A stretch of 64,000 nucleotides of DNA from Candidatus Ozemobacteraceae bacterium (lineage in GTDB: Bacteria > Muiribacteriota > Ozemobacteria > Ozemobacterales > Ozemobacteraceae), in assembly GCA_965140445.1 (NCBI GenBank), contig OZ223236.1, positions 3,392,001-3,456,000 on the forward strand. Reading direction: 5' to 3'. The translations under genes were made by a program, and so were the position numbers. The notes beneath the pieces are model-generated. The model worked only from the letters and a program-made list of their open reading frames with translations. It had not been told where the DNA came from and did not search any database. Positions 58,722 to 64,000 of this stretch are shown here, piece after piece. Position 1 is the stretch's first letter, and the number at the start of each line of letters is the position of its first letter.

Positions 58722-58896
58722 ATTCTTTTTTTTTTTATTACAAGCTTTTGTACACAACCCATATTCTAACTTATTCTGATTAAACATTTCGATATTAATT
58801 TAAAATTCACTGGTTCGGAAAACCGTTCAATTATCACAATGGCATAAAAATTGTCCAAGTGTTTGCCTAAATTTTTGCAATTTTTATGAGCAGAGC
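58715..58896. repeat. conserved non-coding cassette-tail element, copy 3
   Basis: Inverted-repeat arms at 58843-58853 and 58878-58888. Confidence 0.85.
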
Positions 58897-58997
58897 AGAG
58901 TAGAGTAGAAGATTATCTTATTGGAAAGACTTCTTTTCGTTAATTCAACTTACATGCTAAACTTAACTCTCTAAAAGAAATAAAAACTATTCAAAAA

Positions 58998-59903
58998 ATG
59001 ATCAAATCGAAACCTGTAGAGGAAATTTTAAGAGAACGAAAAGGGACAAAAACAATTGTCTATTTAACTAATGGCAGGCAGCTGTTAGTTTATAATGCTG
59101 TTTGCAAAAAGCTTGAAAATGAAGGAGCTTTTGGCATTTCTATAAATATTCCACCTTTGGAAGAAGATGCTGAAATAGACTATTTTAACTCCAATGAAAT
59201 TTCAAAAATTGTTGTTCCAGGTTCAAACAGAACGATTTACAGAAATTATAGGAATTTTGTCCCCAAAATACTGTTCTTGTTAGATAAACACCTACTGATA
59301 ACATATTTCTTTTTTCCGGCCCTTCTCTCATTTTTAAATTATTATTTTTACTTATCTGCCTTTAGCCCCTTTTTATTTCTTTTTATTTTGATTCATAGCG
59401 CATCATATTTAAGAAAAGATGTCTCATTTTTTAATTATTTTAAAAGAACAATCTTAATTTTTATCTTGGTTTACTTTTCTATATATTTAGGTTTTGGTTT
59501 GCGCACGGTTACCTTTTTCAATACCTGCCAGAAAGCAGAAAAATTAATCCAAATTCTGGAAAAAAGAAACATTTCCCAACTTGAACTAGCGAAACCTTTA
59601 GCTAGCTCTACCTTGTTTATAAATTTTATAAAAGAAGATGAGTTAGATGTCAGACCTTATAGATTTGAAAAAATGGACTATCCTGAGTTCTGGTTTGGCC
59701 TTCATAATTTTCCTTATATTTTCAAATATCCTGATCTGATAGTCATCTACAAAGAAAGATTCTATACTGTTTGTATTCCAATAGGCATTTCGTCACGAAA
59801 TTTTGAGCCCTTCGTTTATTATCTAAAAAAGGACAGCGTAAAGAAAAATTGGGAATTAAGTTTTTCACCGAAATTGGATATTCCAGTGGAAAAAGGTGAC
59901 TGA
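58998..59903 (+). CDS. membrane hypothetical protein, inverted within its cassette
   Basis: 301-aa ORF with about 3 TM; cassette ends gttagagat/atctctaac. Confidence 0.7.
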   Translation: MIKSKPVEEILRERKGTKTIVYLTNGRQLLVYNAVCKKLENEGAFGISINIPPLEEDAEIDYFNSNEISKIVVPGSNRTIYRNYRNFVPKILFLLDKHLLITYFFFPALLSFLNYYFYLSAFSPFLFLFILIHSASYLRKDVSFFNYFKRTILIFILVYFSIYLGFGLRTVTFFNTCQKAEKLIQILEKRNISQLELAKPLASSTLFINFIKEDELDVRPYRFEKMDYPEFWFGLHNFPYIFKYPDLIVIYKERFYTVCIPIGISSRNFEPFVYYLKKDSVKKNWELSFSPKLDIPVEKGD

Positions 59904-59924
59904 TGTGATTTGAAACTTAATTAT

Positions 59925-60024
59925 CTCTAACGCCTGTCGTGACCGGAAATGGCCAGACGGCGCGGGACTTGCTCAGCAAGGCCCGTGACGGCGGTCATTT
60001 TCCGCGTCTACGCGATTGTTACGC
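59925..60024 (-). repeat. attC type A'
   Basis: ctctaac..ccggaaatggccag..gttacgc. Confidence 0.92.
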
Positions 60025-60029
60025 ATCTT

Positions 60030-60467
60030 TTATTCATTAATTTTCTTTAAATTCAAGCCAATACTCACTAAGCCTGAATAAAAATCAGTCATTGATCCTG
60101 ATGCTACCTGATTCATTTGGTTACACATTGCCTCTACACCGCAAAAATTTTTCTTCTCGTCAATCATCACCTGTCCTGTGTTGTCTTTCGAAATCACGCA
60201 ATTAAACCCATCTCCAGAACAACAGTCATGATTCATGGCAAAAACTACCCAGGAATCATCCTTCATCATGAATTTTGAGTATTTCTCGTAGCTTTGGTTC
60301 TTAAAATCATTTTTGACAGAATTGATCCAAAGGCTTTTCTTGGCATTTAAATACTGTGACATAGCAAATTCAGCAGTAGACGGCGAGATGTATAACAAGA
60401 GGCCAGCAATCACTCCTAAGCCACAAACAATAAAAATTAGATATTTGACTCTTTTCAAAATGTCCAC
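60030..60467 (-). CDS. membrane-anchored Cys-containing hypothetical protein
   Basis: N-terminal TM; HDCC..FNC..NFCG. Confidence 0.7.
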   Translation of the reverse strand: MDILKRVKYLIFIVCGLGVIAGLLLYISPSTAEFAMSQYLNAKKSLWINSVKNDFKNQSYEKYSKFMMKDDSWVVFAMNHDCCSGDGFNCVISKDNTGQVMIDEKKNFCGVEAMCNQMNQVASGSMTDFYSGLVSIGLNLKKINE

Positions 60468-60520
60468 CTTTCAATTTTGAAGAAGCTTATTCTTTCATAT
60501 GGTTATTGATTCTTTTTTTT

Positions 60521-60656
60521 GCGTAACGCTTGTCGTGACCGGACGCCGAATGACGCCATCGGCAAATGAGGGAATCGGGACTGGCGAAAAAGTTGCAGAA
60601 TTTTTTGCAACTTTTTTGATCAGGACCGACGTTCCGTGTCGACGCACTTGTTAGAG
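60521..60656 (-). repeat. attC type B (136 nt)
   Basis: gcgtaac..ggacgcc..caggaccgacgttccgtgtcgacgcactt-gttagag. Confidence 0.93.
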
Positions 60657-60661
60657 AAATT

Positions 60662-61117
60662 TCATTTTTCATTTTTCTTTTCAAAATATTCTTTATAATA
60701 CTTTTTGAGTTTTTCATATTTATCTTTGGCAATAAATTCAATTGAATTTTCTGGTGGATTCAACTTTCCATTTACCCGAATTTTTCCATACAAAATCCTT
60801 GTAATTAGATAGAAAACGTTTCCTCCAAGCATCCGTTCAACATTATAATCAATGTACATGAAGTTTTTTAATTCAGTGGTTTGAGTATTTTCGTTGGTTT
60901 CATTAACAATTGTAGTTGAAGCCGTAACATCAATAAAATATGTCATATTTGCTGATGTAGCGACATCATTGAAATACTGTAAAAGCACTTTTTTATTTAA
61001 AATGTCAAAATGATTTGAATTTGAAGCAATTTGTGAAAAGACTGGTGAGTAAGCCTGGTTAATAAATAGGAAAACAAAGAAAACTAAGTAAGGAAATTTC
61101 ATTGTCGGAGTTTCCAT
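60662..61117 (-). CDS. secreted hypothetical protein
   Basis: Signal-like N-terminus; fills one cassette. Confidence 0.7.
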   Translation of the reverse strand: METPTMKFPYLVFFVFLFINQAYSPVFSQIASNSNHFDILNKKVLLQYFNDVATSANMTYFIDVTASTTIVNETNENTQTTELKNFMYIDYNVERMLGGNVFYLITRILYGKIRVNGKLNPPENSIEFIAKDKYEKLKKYYKEYFEKKNEK

Positions 61118-61124
61118 TTTATTT

Positions 61125-61226
61125 CTCTAACGCCTGTCGTGACCGGAAAAACGAGACGGGCGCGGGTGTTGCGGAAGCAAGACACGTGATCCGGCCGATT
61201 TTTCCGTGTCGACGCACTTGTTATGC
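61125..61226 (-). repeat. attC type A
   Basis: Consensus type A palindrome. Confidence 0.95.
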
Positions 61227-61241
61227 AAATTTTTATTCATT

Positions 61242-61727
61242 TCAATAAATTTCCGTTTTCTTTAATCCTTCTTGGGGAAATAACATATTTAGAACCCAAA
61301 AGGTAATTTTAAAAGGGTAATTAAAGTCATGATAAATCCTATACATTACTTCTAATACAATAATTCGCAATGAAGGGGCAACAAGCCAAGAATGCCCATG
61401 CCTCATATCCCAAAATTTTGACCAAAACAAAGAAGTAGCAATTAAAACCCATGAATGTTCACAATCTTTATGAAAAATGTCTTTATAGCTTAATCTATAA
61501 TCGCATCTTAAAGAAGATGATAAACCATCTAATATTCCCAATTCTGGACCAGATGACAAGTCTAAAATAGATTTTGGCATTGGAAGTCCCATGACTGCTT
61601 TTTTTTCTTCATTAAGTAATTTTAGACAATTCTCACATCTATAATGTTTTGTTTCAGATCGAATAGGACAATAAATAACCATTGCCATCAATAGAATAAA
61701 AATAGTTAAGAGGATATACTCTCTCAT
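61242..61727 (-). CDS. membrane-anchored hypothetical protein with CxxC and CxH
   Basis: TM, CENC, CEHSW. Confidence 0.7.
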   Translation of the reverse strand: MREYILLTIFILLMAMVIYCPIRSETKHYRCENCLKLLNEEKKAVMGLPMPKSILDLSSGPELGILDGLSSSLRCDYRLSYKDIFHKDCEHSWVLIATSLFWSKFWDMRHGHSWLVAPSLRIIVLEVMYRIYHDFNYPFKITFWVLNMLFPQEGLKKTEIY

Positions 61728-61770
61728 CAGGTTACCGTTTCACTTTTAATTGATTTTTTTCTTTTATTTT

Positions 61771-61872
61771 GCATAACGCCTGTCGTGACCGGAAAAACGA
61801 GACGGGCGCGGGTGTTGCACAAGCAAGACCCGTGATCCGGCCGATTTTTCCGCGTCGACGCACTTGTTAGAC
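61771..61872 (-). repeat. attC type A
   Basis: Consensus type A palindrome. Confidence 0.95.
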
Positions 61873-61980
61873 CGATTTTTGTTTTCATTTTTTCTTCAAT
61901 TTCTTTTGGGGAGAGGTCTTTTTGATTTTATCCTCCCATTTTATAGATTTGCCAGTTAGGCACTCATTAACATACTTCTT

Positions 61981-62535
61981 TTAGGAGGCTCTAGCCCAAA
62001 GACGAAGGGTTTCGATTGAACAGACCGCCAAGCCGGAAAGAAACTGCTTGTCATTAATTTCGCCCGTTTTGAAAAGAGAAAATAGGTAAGTTAGTTTCTT
62101 GGAATTTATGTATATTTTCCTAGTCAAAGGAATTAAACTACTTGCTCCTTCAGTGATTTGATGAAACCTAGAATGATATTTATTCGGAACAAGGACTTTT
62201 TTGAATTTGACTATAGGGTAACCATCAATTGGTGGATTAAAAATAGCAGGAAACATTGCAAGGAAAATTGAGGAATGAAAAGCCACATCATCTAATTGAA
62301 TGTAATAGTCTACAAAGAAATCGACTTCATCAAAATCATCAATTGTTGGGTCTTCAATTAAAGAAACAATTTGTTTGGAACCACCAAGGATTTCTTCAAA
62401 ATTTCTAATCCCTTCGCGAACCCAAGCCTTTTTGGGCGCGTAGAAATTAATGGAGTTAAAAACATCAAGTGCAGTAGGATCCTTTTGTGCACTTGTATGA
62501 AATGATTCAATTAGTTTTTTTATCGGATTTTTCAT
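61981..62535 (-). CDS. cassette hypothetical protein
   Basis: 184-aa ORF; ends match over 11 bp (gttagaccgat/atcggtctaac). Confidence 0.75.
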   Translation of the reverse strand: MKNPIKKLIESFHTSAQKDPTALDVFNSINFYAPKKAWVREGIRNFEEILGGSKQIVSLIEDPTIDDFDEVDFFVDYYIQLDDVAFHSSIFLAMFPAIFNPPIDGYPIVKFKKVLVPNKYHSRFHQITEGASSLIPLTRKIYINSKKLTYLFSLFKTGEINDKQFLSGLAVCSIETLRLWARAS

Positions 62536-62545
62536 TTTCCTATCG

Positions 62546-62647
62546 GTCTAACGTCAGTCGTGACCGGAAAAACGAGACGGGCGCGGGGGTTGCGTAAGCA
62601 AGACCCGTGATCCGGCCGGTTTTTCCGCGTCGACGCACTTGTTAGAA
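62546..62647 (-). repeat. attC type A
   Basis: Consensus type A palindrome. Confidence 0.95.
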
Positions 62648-62650
62648 GCT

Positions 62651-63115
62651 TCATATTGTAAATCTCTTTAAATAAAGATAATAAATCTGATTTTCTTTAA
62701 TAATATAGATTTCTACGTAATGCCCTTGTAAGATTCCGATTTTTGAGAAAACTAGATTTTCAAAATTAGTATTCCACCATCCACACCGGTCATTTGCAAA
62801 ATCTTTTGGAAAATCTTTGTAATAGTTGATTTCATCGAGATTTTTTATGAATTCTTCTTTCCCATTTTCGGTTAATTGAATTTTTGCAAAAAACATTGGA
62901 TCGATAGGAGGAAAATACTTGTATGCAATGCCAATTGAGTCTAAAGGAATTTTAAAATTTGATTCTTCTTTTATTTCTGCAATAATTTCTTTTGAATGTT
63001 CTTTGCCTAAATATTCAAATGTTCTTGAATGATGATCTGTAAGGCTAACCGCCAATAAAACTAACAGCAAAATAGGATAAAATGGGGCCAAAATTGGAAA
63101 AATAAAAGATTTCAT
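62651..63115 (-). CDS. membrane-anchored hypothetical protein
   Basis: N-terminal hydrophobic segment; second gene of a two-ORF cassette. Confidence 0.7.
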   Translation of the reverse strand: MKSFIFPILAPFYPILLLVLLAVSLTDHHSRTFEYLGKEHSKEIIAEIKEESNFKIPLDSIGIAYKYFPPIDPMFFAKIQLTENGKEEFIKNLDEINYYKDFPKDFANDRCGWWNTNFENLVFSKIGILQGHYVEIYIIKENQIYYLYLKRFTI

Positions 63116-63184
63116 TACTCTCTCAACAATTTTACCTTTATGTATTTAATTTTTTATCTAAACTTATGTTCGTTTTATTGAGCT

Positions 63185-63403
63185 TTAATTCTTATTGGAT
63201 TGAATTTCAATAATTTCTGAAACAACTCTTGTACCACATTTGGAGCACTTGCCTTCAACAAACAACTTTGAATTTTGTTCATATTCGATAGGCTCTGTTA
63301 AGCCAAGGTCTGCTTCTTTACAATTTTCACACCAAGTATTCTCAATCAGCAATTGCCTATCATTTTCGTCGCGTCTGAAAAAGTCTTTTTGTGTTTTTTT
63401 CAT
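63185..63403 (-). CDS. small zinc-ribbon-like protein
   Basis: WCENC..CSKC. Confidence 0.7.
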   Translation of the reverse strand: MKKTQKDFFRRDENDRQLLIENTWCENCKEADLGLTEPIEYEQNSKLFVEGKCSKCGTRVVSEIIEIQSNKN

Positions 63404-63413
63404 TTCAATTTGC

Positions 63414-63515
63414 TTCTAACGCTAGTCGTGACCGGAAAAACGAGACGGGCGCGGGTGTTGCGCAAGCAAGACCCGTGATCCGGCCGGTTTTTCCGTGTCG
63501 ACGCACTTGTTAGGC
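63414..63515 (-). repeat. attC type A
   Basis: Consensus type A palindrome. Confidence 0.95.
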
Positions 63516-63529
63516 CTTCAAATTTAATT

Positions 63530-63871
63530 TTATTCATATTTTGAAAAATCAGCCTCTTCTTTTTCAAATTCTCCACTTTCGATCAATGCTTTTTCAATTT
63601 CTAAAATGGCTATTTGATTTGTTTCTGCAATAATAAATACTTCTCCATAGGAATCTGATGAAATTTCAAATTCTCCGAATTGACTATTCATATTATAAAT
63701 AAACTCATCATTCATCCAACAATCTTCTTTTGAAATGGTTTTGCAATTGAGTTTTTTTAAGGCATTTTTTAAGGCAATTACCATTTCATCTGAACCAGAA
63801 CCCCTCAAAAATTCAATAAGCAGGTTTTTGGATTTATATCCTGGTCGAGTTCTAAAGGAAAACACGTACAC
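63530..63871 (-). CDS. cassette hypothetical protein
   Basis: 113-aa ORF; ends match (gttaggcc/ggcctaac). Confidence 0.7.
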   Translation of the reverse strand: MYVFSFRTRPGYKSKNLLIEFLRGSGSDEMVIALKNALKKLNCKTISKEDCWMNDEFIYNMNSQFGEFEISSDSYGEVFIIAETNQIAILEIEKALIESGEFEKEEADFSKYE

Positions 63872-63921
63872 TCCTGTAGCTACTGCATTTCTTTCTTATT
63901 TTTATTCTTTTTTTATTTTTG

Positions 63922-64000
63922 GCCTAACGTCGGTCGTGACCGGACGCCGAGCGGCGCCTTCGGCAAGCGAGGGAATCGGTGCTGGCGAAAAAGTTGCCGG
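63922..64000 (-). repeat. attC type B, cut by the window edge
   Basis: Nearly identical to the start of the 34232 site. Confidence 0.9.

Larger units (their letters stand above)
22989..64000 (-). mobile_element. chromosomal integron gene-cassette array (no intI in window; continues past the right edge)
   Basis: Co-oriented unrelated ORFs separated by palindromic RYYYAAC...GTTRRRY attC sites with canonical R/L boxes and extra-helical bases; TA cassettes; left boundary inferred from decayed sites. Confidence 0.93.

Noticed and set aside
28348..60741. Short ORF-track calls reading through attC sites (e.g. 28348-28584, 37742-38066, 42307-42543, 47672-47941, 55775-56098, 60487-60741) and the N-terminal extensions of 33194-34243, 48669-49286 and 57721-58671
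   Set aside because: Their shared peptides (TSASTRK, RRRTC, VVTG) are translations of the palindromic repeat; better starts with RBS lie inside the cassettes
63116..63184. Eroded attC between the two ORFs of the 62641-63420 cassette
   Set aside because: Only atctaaac and agctt fragments in AT-rich DNA; too weak to call
36946..63515. Dispersed ~100-bp repeats as a CRISPR array or REP/MITE family
   Set aside because: Spacers are gene-sized and coding, the repeats have attC R/L boxes with extra-helical bases, and there are no cas genes or target-site duplications
1..64000. rRNA, tRNA, IS transposase or prophage genes
   Set aside because: None recognised in the sequence or ORF track

Overview
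Low-GC bacterial chromosome window in two parts. (1) 1-22,974 is a housekeeping region: partial neuC, hydA, a TPR protein, SpoIID/LytB, cutA, a UvrD/PcrA helicase, a metal-site-degenerate 5'-nucleotidase-like protein overlapping a HAMP-GAF-GGDEF diguanylate cyclase, a DMT transporter, two tandem amidohydrolases, a cN-II nucleotidase, gpmA, a fucose-isomerase-like gene and an Aas-like gene. (2) From about 22,989 to the right edge is a large chromosomal integron cassette array on the minus strand. It has about 30 recognisable attC sites in several sequence families plus several eroded ones, and six toxin-antitoxin cassettes, two of them pseudogenised. No integrase gene is in the window; it would be expected beyond 64,000. 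Cassette boundaries were checked by eye using the complementarity of each cassette's two core sites. The most notable structures are: a 5.2-kb four-gene block (two HEPN-motif proteins, a PD-(D/E)xK nuclease, one unknown) with all internal attCs decayed but matching outer cores and a candidate promoter upstream; the same nested architecture in three other units; two families of repeated non-coding cassette modules; 49-nt mini-attC sites; and a 2.5-kb non-cassette segment that splits the array next to an attI-like core. All family calls come from motif recognition only; no database search was run.
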